From: Raillietiella orientalis
Lineage: Eukaryota
Assembly (NCBI GenBank): GCA_036172245.1
Contig: JAYWIR010000031.1
Location: 1,798,001-1,862,000 of the forward strand
Length of the DNA stretch: 64,000 nt
Direction of reading: 5' to 3'
A program made the translations under genes and the position numbers. Of the stretch, positions 63,961 through 64,000 are shown one piece after another. Under the pieces are notes generated by a model, which worked only from the letters and a program-made list of their open reading frames with translations, did no database searches and had not been told where the DNA came from. Positions within the stretch are counted from its first letter, which is position 1. The number at the start of each line of letters is the position of its first letter.

Positions 63961-64000
63961 GGCTGGGACGCATCAATGGATAGTCGCTAGGGCTAATCTT

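Noticed and set aside
1..64000. CRISPR arrays, prokaryotic operons or defence systems
   Set aside because: No regularly spaced direct repeats and no dense gene packing; the sequence is eukaryotic and repeat-derived.

Overview
Eukaryotic genomic DNA, probably from an invertebrate (the U2 fragment has the GATCAAAGTGTAG variant). It is a repeat-dense transposon graveyard and I could not support any intact host gene. Dominant content: (i) about 12 truncated copies of an L1/Tx1-clade LINE family; the longest (9990-12510, minus) carries RT with YADD and a C-terminal zf-RVT CCHC, and copies end in a conserved CCCGG-N5-CCGGG hairpin rather than poly(A); (ii) about 8 copies of a long tRNA-headed SINE-like repeat; (iii) ORF1, mariner and Utopia/NeSL-like relics. 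Most notable: an endogenous CRESS-DNA virus segment (about 30800-31780) with a Rep HUH domain plus its stem-loop origin (CAGTATTAC on the strand opposite Rep, hexamer repeats, TATA); two differently truncated LINE insertions at the same nucleotide of the SINE, suggesting target specificity; a U2 snRNA 5' fragment ending at nt 37, the Keno/Utopia target site, close to a Utopia-like relic; and two near-identical repeat pairs of about 0.8 kb. All calls come from visual motif recognition with no database searches, and boundaries of degenerate elements are approximate.
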